Assembly: GCA_001179505.1 (NCBI GenBank)
Contig: CDMY01000243.1
Coordinates: 248,001-312,000 of the forward strand
From: Vitrella brassicaformis CCMP3155
Lineage: Eukaryota > Protista > Chromerida
Reading direction: 5' to 3'
DNA: 64,000 nt
The notes below the pieces were generated by a model that worked only from the letters and a program-made list of their open reading frames with translations, had not been told where the DNA came from and searched no databases. Made by a program: the position numbers and the translations under genes. Positions 37,561-49,794 of this stretch are shown here, piece by piece. Within the stretch, counting starts at the first letter, position 1. Each line of letters starts with the position of its first letter.

Positions 37561-39103
37561 TCAAGATGGATAAAGGCACGACACATGCTTAGGCCCAAAT
37601 GACGCATTCCCGCCATTGCCGGCAGCCGTCGCGGCAGTGTCCTGCGACACGTACGTGTCGCACCGCTGCTGCGCGTGCAGGCAGGTCCTAAGGATGTCCT
37701 GCAGCATGATCTCCTCCTGATACTCCTCGACCGTCATCTCCACAGACACCGCCTCCCTCCGGGCGTCCTCGGCGAGCTGCCGAATCGCCTTGCCAATCCT
37801 CACCAGCCACAAGACCTGCCGACACGCGCGACGCAGCCGCCCACCCGCCGGCAGACTCGCCATCGAGTCCTCCACTGACGACGGCCCTTCTCTCTCTCTG
37901 TCCCTGTCCTTGTCCTTGTCTAGCTTGGAGGTGCCCCGCCGGAGGAGCATCTTGAAGGACTTGGACACAGAGGGCGGCGGCATGCCGCCCATTCTGGGCG
38001 ATGCGCCGTTTTCATTGGGTGGGGTGGGGGGGTGGGAGTGGGACCTGCTCAGCCGCTGCTGGGGCTTGTTGTACCGCTGCTGGTGGAGCGAGTGGCAGGG
38101 GGGCGTCCGGGGGGTGGTCCGGGGGGTGGCTGTCGAGACGGTAGCTGTGGAGTGGATGAGCTCGGTGGGTATGATGGCCCCCAGATGTTCGTGCGCCTCG
38201 TTGAGGCACTGGCCGACTGCCCGCCGGATGAACGGCCGGACCAGCGCCGACTGGACCATTTGAATGTCGAACTCCATCGACCGCATGTGGAACTGCGGCA
38301 GCGTCGCCTCCTGCATTGGATCCACACACACACACAGAGAGAGAGAGAGAGATGACGGGTGTTTTCTTGTTTGTGAGTGTGGGTGTGATGGCGAAGCGGC
38401 TGACCATGACAACGTCCACAAGGCCGCGCCTCTCCTTCTCGGTCAGATTGGAGAGGTCCAGCACACACCCTATCGAGTAAAGCTCGTCGATAAGCCCCGT
38501 ACTGCACCTGCTGCCCCCACTCCCGCTCCCGCTGCCGTTGCCACTCCCATTGCCCCCGCTCCCGCCCTCCTTCTCGTCAAGGCCGCCTCTGTCCACCGCC
38601 CTCGGCACCTGTCCAAAAGCAGATCTTTTCAGCTTGACCTTGTGCTGGTCAAGCATGGCCAGCTGCCGCACCCAGCGGAAACATGACATCTTCCGCAGCA
38701 CCCGCGCCACCACTGACCGCCGCTTGGGGTCGCGCGGCTCCTCCCGCCGACCCTCCTTGATGGTCTTCTGCTTCCGCCGCTCGCTGCGCTCCATGGCAAT
38801 GAGTATCCACGGGCGGAGGAATGCGACGGCAGCCCAGAGGAGAAACACGAGCTGGAAGCCCAGTGCGACGGCGAGGAGCACGATCTGGACGAGGGCTTCG
38901 ATGTCGAGCTCGGTTTCGAGCGTTGAGGAGAAGAAGGAGACCATCAGGAGCCCCATGAAGTTCCACAGCGAGAAGGACTCCAGTTGGTCCATCAGACGGT
39001 AGGAACGGTTGTCGTACGGCTTCCTGTTGACTGCATCCAAGCAGAAGGAAATGAGGCACACACCAACAAGCCACAACCGAATGGGGGATACAAGCAGAAA
39101 GGC

Positions 39104-39134
<31 letters not shown>

Positions 39135-40427
39135 GCTCCCTCGACCTCACCGTGCACGGCGAGGAAGAAAATGGCCAGAAACATGAGTAGCCCCAGTCTT
39201 TGCGCCTCCCCGAGGTCGGGCACCACCAGCGGCAGATCCACAGACACCTTACGGAGCATCGCAAAGGTCTCGTACCAGTAGAAAGTCGGCTCGTACCCTA
39301 CACACCACGACACACACACGCCACAGGCGCATAACACGGACTGAATGTCCTTTCCGTCTGACCAACCATTGTAAAGGAACCCCAGTGTCTGCCGGACTCG
39401 GTCGTCGTAGAGCCGCCGACGCGACCCACGCATCACCAAATACAGCCACAGCGGAATACCAAATGTGTAAAGCCATATCCCTGATCGACACACACGGATG
39501 AAGGGGAGAGGTCTGTCTCTGTCTATATTGTATGGCTGATTGGATTGGCTTACATACCTCCGATGGAGAGCCAGTAGTACGGCGGGTGTCCCTCCGGGTC
39601 GTCGCCGCCGCAGAGTGCGTTGGGGTCGGCTGCGAGTCGCGGGACGTCATACTGCTTGCACTGCAGATTGATGATAAACGTCTTGTTCAGCAGCACGTGT
39701 GCCAACCACACCACAACTATAAAACTGGACAGACACGCAGAGAGAGAGAGAGGGAATGACGACAGACATGCGCTGTCTGTTTGTCGCTTCCTCCTGGCCA
39801 GAGCTCTCCAGCCCAGCCAGCCCCACCTGTGGAACGTCTGCCGGTAGATGCTGGCCCTTTCCTCTGATTTGACGTGGGCGAAGGGGATCCACACGCCATG
39901 CCGCCACGAACGGAACCTCTCCCAGACCTTTTTCCAGGCACCACCGCCCCCCTTGGCCGCCCTGCTGCCCACAAGGTCAGTCGTCACGCGGTCGATCGAC
40001 GACATGACCATCTGGGTGCGGTTGATGTTGCCTGTGGCCGGCAACATGTTGTCATGCGATAGCGCGCGGCGCGGCTTCCGGCTCTCCCCCTCGCCCCTCT
40101 CCAGGTCAGCGAGCGAGGCCGCCAGCCGGGATGCGATGCCTTCCTCCGACTTGGTCTGCGAGGGTCTCAGGGAGGCCGTCGAGCTGCCGCCCTTGCCTTT
40201 TGGGGCAGTATGGGGGGGTGCGAGGGTGAGGAGGGACTCCTTCCACTCGTCCTCGGGGTCGGTGTGCTTGTGGCGCCGCTTCTGCAGCCATGTGGAGAAG
40301 AGGACGCAGATGTAGACGCAGAGGAGCGCGGCGAACGGGAAGATGAGGGCGATAAGGAGCCAGAAGTGGTAGGGCGCCATGCTGCGCGGGAGGATGCAGT
40401 CCATCGTCAGGAAGGTTATCGGATCTT

Positions 40428-40468
<41 letters not shown>

Positions 40469-43464
40469 GTGGGTTTTCCTTGCGCAGCCTCGTTCGTGGT
40501 GTTTGGCGTACAGATGAAGTCTTCCATGAAGTCGCTGGTCTGCTTGAGCCACACTAGGATGGGGTTGTTGGTCAAGGCGTGAGGGCCCCGCAGCGAGAAC
40601 GAGAATGCCGTCCAGTTGAGCTGGAGCCAGGTCCTGACGGAGTGGAGCAACGACACAGACAGGGACAGAGCAGGTACCGTACCACCAACGTCATCTCGCA
40701 TTGTGAATCCACCCCTCTCTTGCAAGCGTGACAATGGATGGATGGATGGATCTTTTCTCACGTCAAGATCTTCCATATCACATTCTGCGTCGTCTGGTAC
40801 GGCCGCAGCCCCTCCGACAGATTCAGCCGCACCATCCACACCACAAGCGCCGAAAAGACCAACAGCCACAGCACCAGCTTGACGCCGATCCATGTCATGC
40901 TGGGGCACCCCACACATGTCGTCGCCCCGATCGGCCGAGTGTACCCCGCTTGGCACCGCGCGCAGAGCAGCCCCTCGGACCGCTCGTGGCACTGGTTGCT
41001 GCCCTCGCAGTCGGCCGGGATGGGGCACGGGATGAAGAGCAGCCCCTTGACGGCTGGCCCCTCCCTGTCAACGAGGCGTGTGGTGTCGTTGGAGGTGCCG
41101 GAGGTGGTGGGGAGGAGGGGAATGAACCCTGCGCCGGGAAGGTCGTCTTCGAGAATGAGAATGTCCTTCCTCTCGGGCATGTGCTTGAGCTTCAGGCTGT
41201 AGAAGGACGGCCGGGCCTCGGGGATGGCCTTCTGGGCGGGAGTGGTGCAGAGGGCGCCGGAGGGGCACTGAATACACACAGGCATGCGGTTGCCACCATG
41301 TTTTGGTTGGTGGAGCGATGTCGTTGGCTTACGTCTTGACATCTGGTGGAACCGTGCGCTCCTGCAACACACCACACACACACAAGCGAGGCGACAGCCG
41401 ATGCGACATGTGGCTGGCGGTAGCTACTACTACGGAAAGTTCTTTGATGCCCACCCATCCCATCTGCTGCCCACCTGCATAGGTGCCTGTTGGGCATGTC
41501 TGGCAGTAGTCCAGGCCGGCATGAATGTTGTACTCACCGGGCCTACACACACACACACCTCTGCGACACAGCAAGACCACAGGCTCTCTGTGTGTGTGTG
41601 TTGGATTTGAACCTGCAGAGCTTGCACTTTATCGCCCCCTGCATGTTGTTGTATGTGCCGGCCTCACACGGCCTGCAGGCCTGACTTAGGGCATACAGAG
41701 GGGCCCTCGGGTCCAGCTCGTTGTACGTGCCTGACGGGCACGGGATGCACTGCCACCCCGCATCATCCACCTGAGTCCCTGCAATCACGCACACACACAC
41801 ACACAAGGCACGTGTGCATGCCCCTGTCTGTCTCTCTGTCTGTCTGTCTGGATGGCTGGATGTCTGGATGTCTGGATGGCTGGCTGGCTGGCTGGCTGGA
41901 TGGATGGATCTCTCGCCCACCTGCAGGGCATCTTCTGCAGATGACTTCCCGCCACTCGCTCGTCTTGGCTGATATGGTCACGTCGAGGGCCTCCCACCTC
42001 TCGGGGCTGTGCGGCACATTCCCCCCCGGGCACGCAAAAACCTTAGCATCGATCGTCACCTGACACACAATACAACGCACGGTCACACGACCACTGGATC
42101 GAAGAAAACAAACACCTACACAGACCTCTTTGGGGAACTGCTGCATGTACATGGCGAGGGACGTCGGGAGGTAAGGGTCGAAGTTGTTGTCGTGCAGCCG
42201 CACCTCCACACCGTCACGGATGCGCTGAAAGGTGTCGGGCAGACGCCCTGACAACCTGTTGCTCTGCACCAAAGGGAACGCATGAAGCAAGAATGGCTTG
42301 TGTGCCCGATGGATGGACGGACGGGCGTACCCGGAAGTTGATGATAGCCGCCTGCGTGAAGTTGCCAACACCAGGAGGTAACGAGCCCGACAAGCTGACC
42401 AACGAAACCACCATTGGCCAGAGTGATTGGAGTGAAAGCGTCCTCCTTTCTCTCCCTCCCCTCCCCTCCCCCTGCAACGCCACGCACTCACCGGTTGTTT
42501 TGCAGCTCCACCTCTATCAGTTTGGTCATGCCCTCGTAATGTACGCCATCGTACGTCCCGCCCCCGATGCACAGCGGCACAGCCCCGCTGAAGTAGTTCC
42601 GCTTCACGTCCAGCCTACATGGCCATGACATAAAGGCACAACAGACGGGCGAACGATGCTCACATACATGGATGGCTTGTCGGCGTGGTGTGCCGGGTGG
42701 CTCACTCACTCGATGAGTCTGGTGAGGTGACACAGGCCAGGGGGCAGCGTGCCGTCGAGGCGGTTCGACTCGAGATCCAGCTCCACCAGCCGGCGGCAAT
42801 TGGACACCTCCACAGGGATCGGCCCCGTCAAGTTGTTCTGCCATCCACAGACACGGAGGCAGGCAGGAAGGAAAAGAAGATGAGGGCACGAAAGGCGCTT
42901 GTGTGTTGTCAGTCTGTCTTGACACCCACACGCACCTGCTCGAGTATGAGCCGCTCAGTGGGGCTCTCGAGGTCTTGGCTGCACAGGTTGGGCAGGAGGG
43001 AGGGGATGGGACCGGTGAAGCGGTTCTTCGAGAGATCTATGACCTTGGCATGCTTCAGCAGGCCTACCGACTCGGGGATCCTTCCCGTCAGACCTGCACC
43101 GCACCCACACAACGACCGACACATGAATGAATCAGTGGCTGAGTGGCCACTGATGGGTGTCGTCACGCAGCGAGCGCCCTCACTTACCTCTGCCCGACAG
43201 GTGCAGCCCGTATGTCCTGCCAGCGAACCCGCCGCAGCGAATGCCGGTCCACATGTCACAGAACCGTGCCGAGGAGTTCCACGGGCCGACCTCATCCGGG
43301 TCGTTGCCCTCCTCCTGGCTAAGTGAGTCATAGAGCCGCTTAAGCGGCTCCCGGTCCTCATCGCAGCCGCGACAGGACGATGGCGGCTCGCCACGGACTG
43401 TGCTGAGCAGGGCCGCCGCCAGGAGAGTGAAACTGAGAGTGACGAGTGAGGCGGAGCCCGCCAT
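37561..43464 (-). CDS. LRR + GCC2/GCC3-type Cys repeats + multipass TM protein (CRMP-like)
   Basis: Signal peptide; plant-type LRR cap (W..FCDMWTGIRC) and LRRs (LTGRIPESVGLLKHAKVIDLSKNRFTGPIP; NNLTGPIPVEVSNCRRLVELDLESNRLDG); CxPCxxGTY repeats; CPIPADCEG..C....EGLLCARCQAGY; TM region with LGFLYNGYEPTFYWYETFAMLRK and KPYDN..DQLESFSL. Confidence 0.88.
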
Positions 43465-43651
43465 GCATCACTCACAAGCAGGGAGGATCAGAAAACCTGC
43501 TCGTCTGAGAGGAATGACAACACAACACACAAGGAGAGCATTCATCGGTTGGCCAACCGGAGATCTGACGCCAGGGTAGCTTGACTCACCTCTTGTGCGC
43601 CCCGCCTCGTCTCTGCTGCCGAAAGACAAGACGACCTGAGCTTGCAAGTCT

Positions 43652-43662
43652 GCGAGCTAAGC
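43652..43662 (+). promoter_or_regulatory. Candidate promoter motif GCGAGCTAAGC
   Basis: Between the CRMP-like and claudin-like ATGs. Confidence 0.6.
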
Positions 43663-43750
43663 CGGCGACGAGGGAGGTTTTCTAAGATGGCATTGCAGAA
43701 GGGAGTGTAGGGCCTTCTTCCCCCCCTGCAGCAGCAATGTTGACGCGCGG

Positions 43751-44392
43751 ATGCTGCAATGTGCAACGGCGGGCCTGATATTCTCTGCGGCGGTCTTCAC
43801 GGGGTGCCTGACGATGGATTGGGTGAGCACGGCGCCCGGTGTGGAGCACTACCCCCACCACCGATACTGGAACATGTTCCGTATCAAGGGCAAGAAGGAG
43901 CAGACCTACAGCCAGATATACAAGGACATGTGTCTCCGGGGCCAGGCCAAGTTCGTGGCGGGCATGTGCATCTCGCCCCTCTGCAAGTACTACTTCTACG
44001 GCAAGTGCAAGGGGTACGAGATCATCTTCTACGGCAGCCTCATCGGCATCCTCTGCACTGTCCTGGGGGTCACGCTGCAGTGCGTCGGCACCAGCTGCCT
44101 CTGCAGCAGCAACAGCCGGTCGGTCAGCATGGGTTTCCTTATCGGGCTGCTGGGCGTGGTCCTCAACATAGTCGCGGGGCCGCTCTTCCTCATGATGGTC
44201 AAGTCGGGCATCGACTATATCAACGTCTACGGCATCTACCCCTTCCCGGCGCCCGACATGGGCTTCATCGCATGGCTGGTCGCCGTCATGGCCGTCGTCC
44301 CCAGCGCCATATGTGCCTGCTGCTACAACACGGCCGTCCAGTGGGAGGCCAAGGAAGCCGAAAGTGACGAGGGGAGTGAAGAATCCGACTGA
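43751..44392 (+). CDS. Intronless 4-TM claudin-like protein (CLAMP-like)
   Basis: TM1 followed by W, a Cys-containing first loop (C..C...C..KCKGYE), TM2-TM3, then YPFPAP directly before TM4 and an acidic tail. This layout matches my recollection of apicomplexan CLAMP and is unverified. Confidence 0.7.
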   Translation: MLQCATAGLIFSAAVFTGCLTMDWVSTAPGVEHYPHHRYWNMFRIKGKKEQTYSQIYKDMCLRGQAKFVAGMCISPLCKYYFYGKCKGYEIIFYGSLIGILCTVLGVTLQCVGTSCLCSSNSRSVSMGFLIGLLGVVLNIVAGPLFLMMVKSGIDYINVYGIYPFPAPDMGFIAWLVAVMAVVPSAICACCYNTAVQWEAKEAESDEGSEESD

Positions 44393-46170
44393 CTGACAGA
44401 CAGACTACTAAGGTAGAGAGATGCTTGATGGCTGCAAGGGGCGATGGAAATAATGAGGACTTGTAGACGTGCGTGGCGGTATTGGCTGTGGGCCTTATAA
44501 ATCATGATTGCAATGACTGACGTCCACCGTCTCTATCTCTCTGTGTCTCGCACACACACACACACACAGAGGCACAAATGCACACAGCACAGACACGGAT
44601 GACATGTCTGTGTGTTCCTCACATGTATTATCCAAGATGCGTTGATCCGATCACGCACACACACCATGGAAGGCACGAGTCAGTAGGCAGGGAGGCGGGC
44701 AGACAGACGGACGAACAGCCAGACGGGAGAGCCACCGGGTGGGGTGTGTGCAGCCAGTCGGCTACCCCAGAGAGACAGACAGACACAGGCGGAGGCGAGA
44801 ATGAGAAGAAAGGAGTCGGTCGGTCGGTCGACAGGGCGGCCAGCCAGTGAGTGGGAGGGGAATTTCTGTAGCTACGCATGAGGAACCAATTGGTCTGTAT
44901 TCCATGATCGATGCGTTCCTTACACGATGGATGCATGGCCCCACGCCCACCCATCCCCCGCACCCACTCACACGACGTTAGGTAGGAACAGATAGATACA
45001 CAGACAGTCATGTAGATCAGTCACTGCTGAGTGAGAGTGGGCGGGCATGCCGAAGCCAGTCGCTCCCCGTCTGCCCTTTGCAGTCAGTACAATGAATGAG
45101 CCGCAGCCAGCACCCTCTCTCTCCCGACAGACATCAATCCATCACCCTATCGGGCGTAATGGTACGCCAAAACCTGATATATGCGGCCCCTTTCACGCAC
45201 CGGACGCATAGACAGACGGAAAGAGAGAGGAGGGAGCCACTCACTTCCAAATGAGTAGCAACGAGTACCTAGGCATGCTCGAGGCATTTATGCTTTTAGT
45301 CAATGAGTGAGTCGGATCAATGAGTGAGCGTCAGCCACACCACATACAGTGAGTATATATAACGCACCAGCCAGCCCCACGGCACACACCCCTGCGACCA
45401 GGCAGGCAGGACACACACGCACGCACCCCTCTCACCCCGGCCCCACCCCCAGCCCGTGGCATGGCATTCATCAAGCAAGGCCGGCACGGCGTCTCAACGT
45501 CGAGAGAAAGAGAACCGCTTTCACCTGGCTGGCGTGGCGAGAGCGGCTTCTTGCATCTCGCTGCCGATGACGCCGAGGTGTGCAGCCCTGGCAGCAACAC
45601 CACATTCATTCATCCATCAAAGAGAAACCACACCGCGCGTTAAATCGCACACATGGATTCACTCACTGGTCCACACACACAGAGCCACGTGAAAGCAATC
45701 AGTCACACACAGACACAGAGAGAGAGAGAGAGATGCCCACCATTCCCTAAAGCAGCAGCTAACTCTTGGATTTTGAGTTGCCTGCCTGCCTGCCTGCCTC
45801 GCTGCCTGTCTGCCATAGAATACACAACCTTTTTCTTTTAGCGATATGTCACTTACTGGTATACGAGTGAGTTCGGTTGTATTGCTTATGTATGCTGTCA
45901 TGATCTGTGAGCGTACATACGTACGCAAGCTAAGCTAAGCTATGGTATGACATCACTGCCCCCCTCCCCTCCACCCCCCCAAAGCTTTCGCCCACACAAT
46001 TGTATACAGAGGGGGGAGGCGGACAAGCGAGCGGGAGCGATATATAGCACCCCACTGCCTACAGAACCTAGGTGTCTGTCTATAGTGTCTATGTGCTCAC
46101 GGTCTAGATCGGTATCGACAGAAAGAAAGAAAGAAAGACAGACGGACGGACGGACGGACCCCCTCTCACC

Positions 46171-49100
46171 TCACCGCCTGTGTGCGTCGTGCCTGCGCGT
46201 GAGGGCACACGGCGGCTTGAGCAGGTGGTGGGGATGGCTGCCGGCGTGGTGTGCGGGCAACGGCCGTCGATAAAGCGAACGGAGCGACGCACTGTCATGC
46301 TTCAGCGACCGAAGCACCTCAAGCAGATCCTGCACACACTCACACACACACACACACGAGAGAAGATGCTCTCGTCTCTCCTCGCTCGTTGGTGCATCAG
46401 ATCCCCTGCTCACCGCTGGCAGAGGCACGTATGTTTCGATGTCGTAGCCGCCGCCGTCAGGTCTCGATGGTATGGCCAGGAACAGGCCGTGGAGGAACTG
46501 CCGGCGGCACCACACGCTGTCGTTGACGACGTAGGGGCGTTGGTCTTTGCGCGCATACTTTAGGTCGCCAACCAGAGGATGGTGGTCCGCCAACCCTTCG
46601 GCGATGTGCGCACGGATCTGCACAGACACACATCCTGGTTTGTCACCATTCACGGCTCCCTCCCTCCCTCTCTCTACCCACCCACCGACCTGGTGGGTCC
46701 TGCCCGTCTCTATCTTGATTGACAGCAGGCTGTAGTAGGTCTTCTCGCCGCCCGTCCCCTCCCTCACGAAGATGCCCATCACCGTGTAGTGTGTGGTGGC
46801 GGTCATGCCGGCTCCGCTGCGGTCCCCCACCGTCACACACCGCACCGACCGCCCGCCGCTTTCCTTGATGAGCCGCTTGTTGATGGTGCCACAGGGCGGG
46901 TACACTACACCGTGGGCGAGCGCGACGTAGATCTTGGTGAAGAGTTGGCGGTGGAGGAATTGCTTGAGCTGCTTGTACGCCGGGTAGGTCTTTGCGATGC
47001 ACAGCGGGCCGGAGGTGAAGCGGTCGAGGCGGTGGACGTGCCCGTACTGGTACTCCAGGGAGCGAAGGATGGGGTGCCGCTTGGTGTCCAGCTTGTGCCA
47101 CGGCCACACGTACATGATCTGAATGAATCGCCCAACCAACCGATGAGACGAATGAACATGTGTGTCTCTCTCTGTGCGCATGCGTGTGTGTGACTGCCCT
47201 CACCTTGCGGTCATTCTTCGGGTCGACAAGGGCCGCGTACGAGTGCGCGCTGTCCCCCTCAGACTCGGCATGGTCACACCCACACAGCCAGTCACTCGGC
47301 TTCAGCAGCACCCTTCAAAGGCAAACCAAGCAAAGCAGCGAGCCCAGACACACAGTGAGTGACATGACGCCTGTGAGTCGGAGCATTCATGTCATGCTCA
47401 CCAAAAGTCCTCTGTCGCATTGAGAACGGTCGGAACAGCTGCCGACGGCACACTAGGCTCCATCAGCTCGCTCAGAAAGGGTGTCAGGTCGCTGTCGTTG
47501 ACGCCAGACGGGCTGGACATCAAACTACTGTCCGCCGGCTCATCAACACAGTCCTCCTCGGCCTCGTTCTCCAGAGTGCTCTGCGTGTTGGGCAGCAGGG
47601 ACGTGTATGACGGCGATGGCGCATCATGGTCCCCAACCGTCGGCCGCAGCACGGGCGTCTCGATCGACGACGAGGTATCACCACCACACGCTCCATGGGC
47701 CGGGGCACCAGCACCATCGCCGCCCAAGTACATCTCGGTGACAGTCCGCTCCAGCTGCTTTGTTGGTCCGGCCTCCCACTCGCTCCACCAGCGCTCGTAG
47801 TCCTCCATGTCATCATCAACGCCCTCCCCCGCCCCGTCCCCCGTGCTCCCGATCGCACAGTCAACATCGGTCGACGACACGGCATCCGACGACGGGTCAG
47901 CCAGACACGACACCTCGTCCGATGGCGGATCCGTCGCGTCGTTGGCCGGACCGCCGAATGCGAACTCATGCATGTTGGGAAGGTCCGGCACGGGCGGGAA
48001 CCCCTCCTCAGTGGCAACAGCCGGCATGGGGGAGAAGGAGGGGACGGGAGGGGGCGACGGCCACTCGACCATCGGCGGAAGAGTGGCCATCATCGGATGG
48101 GGTGAGGGCGGGGCAGCGACGGCAGCCTCTGGAGCATCGATGCACTGCGGCTGATCTGACGCCGGTGGTGGGGAGGGGGTGCATGGAGGGGCTGGAGGGG
48201 GCTCGGTGGTGGCCAGAGGGACCATCCGACCAGAGGAGAGCAGGATCAGACGAGCTGGCGGCTGACAGGGCGTCGGCTGCAGGCGGCACAAAGGCACACA
48301 CACACAACAGACATGTGAGGGCCCATCCATTGGTGCACAAAGTGGCAAATATGGTCTGCTTACATGTTGGCTCGTGTCTGCATCCGATGCGTCGTTCACG
48401 TCGTCCGTCACGATTGCAGGTGGCGGTGGGGGTGGGGGAGGGGGAGGGACGGGGGGGAGTGACGGGGAATGATGCGGTTCTTTCTGCGCCGCTCTGGCGC
48501 CTGCTGACAGTGGAGCGTTCTTGATCCGCCTCCGGTGGGGGCCCAATGGTACCTGCAAACCACACATACAGAGAGCCGGGATTACAACCGCATCCATTCA
48601 CACACCCCACGTGAAAGACACATACCGTGGCAGCTGGCGAGTCTTCCTGCGATGGCATGGCTGGCTCTACAGGAAAGCTGTACGAGGGCGGTGGTGGCGG
48701 CATCGCTGGAGGCATAGTGGCCGCCGCCGGCACATCCGGAGGGGGCGGGATGAGCCCCGCATAGCCAATCAATGGTGGCGACACAGCCGGTGGCTCGAGC
48801 GCCTCCTGCTGCAGCCACTGGGGCACAGGGCCAACGATGCCCTTCGCATGGTTCGCAGGATGATGATGATGATGCGGCGGCGGCGGCGGTGGCGGTGGCG
48901 GTGGCGGTGGTGGTGGTGGGAAAGCAGGAGGCTGAAGGATGACCGTGGGTGGTGGAGGGGGAGGGAGCGGGGCAGAGTGGCTGTGGCACAGATAACCCGG
49001 CACGATGGGATACACCGGCTGCTGCTGCTGGTAGGGGGAGGCGTAGATGTAGACACGGGGTGGGAGGGGAGGGGGAAGGGGTGGGGGAGCGGGTCCATCA

Positions 49101-49489
49101 GGCCCTCTCACCGTCACGAACATTGTGTCATCATTTCCTGTCGGAAAGGCCGTCTTGTGTTGCCGCGAGACTTCGATGGTCGAGCCACAGGGAGCGGACA
49201 AGAGCGACGTCCTGACCCGCTCAAAGCCAATAGCCTCCTTGATAACCACCCGACAGAGAGCACAGTGCGGGTGGATGTCACGCGAGGCCTGGACCTCTTG
49301 CTGATGAACAGCTGGGGACGCAGACGCGTCGCGGTCTCCTACAGAGGACGGCGACGAGGCGGCAGAGTGGGAAGTCTCGGCCACCGAGACCTCGCCCTGA
49401 GTCGCATCTCCATCTTCTCCCCCGTCTTCGTCGTCTTCTGCCTCTGCCGCTGACACAATGGCCGTCACCTCAGCCTCATCATCAGACAT
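46171..49489 (-). CDS. RluA-family pseudouridine synthase with ~600-aa Pro/acidic low-complexity N-terminus
   Basis: EDFWVLLKPSDW (motif I), HVHRLDRFTSG (catalytic Asp), KIYVALAHG, IETGRTHQIRAH, HPLVGDLKY, QFLHG; upstream poly-Pro/His exons splice in frame. Confidence 0.9.
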
Positions 49490-49794
49490 CCGCTGCCGTG
49501 ACTGACGAACGAAACCAGATCTGGAAGCGACCGCTGACGCCGGCCTTCACAAGCAACCAACACGCTACCTTCACAACCGTCAGCTGTTGGCAACAAGCGA
49601 CAGAACAAACACGTGACGTGTGATCCTGCGTGTGCGTGTCAGTGCTTGAGCGCTTACCCTTCACTACTAGTACAACGTGATCTTCTCACAGGGCAACGCA
49701 CACGTTCCAAAGCCCTGATCAGAAACATCGGGAGCATCGCCGTGAAACTGACTGAAATCAATAAATTCACGAAGGCGGCGCCCCTCGCCGCAAG

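Noticed and set aside
43334-43351. Perfect 18-bp palindrome GAGCCGCTTAAGCGGCTC
   Set aside because: Within the CRMP-like first exon (EPLKRL); no other support.
44400-46170. 1.8-kb intergenic block, with a small hairpin GGCGTA-ATGG-TACGCC near 45153-45168
   Set aside because: Microsatellite-rich; no tRNA, snRNA or snoRNA pattern recognisable, and the 6-bp stem is expected by chance.
47420-49453. Long plus-strand ORFs (47760-48524, 48521-49453)
   Set aside because: Antisense shadows of GC-rich Pro/Ala-coding exons of the RluA gene.
49490-49794. Divergent RluA / coiled-coil promoter as a sixth motif site
   Set aside because: No GCGAGCTWAGC match found here, so the motif is not universal to head-to-head pairs.
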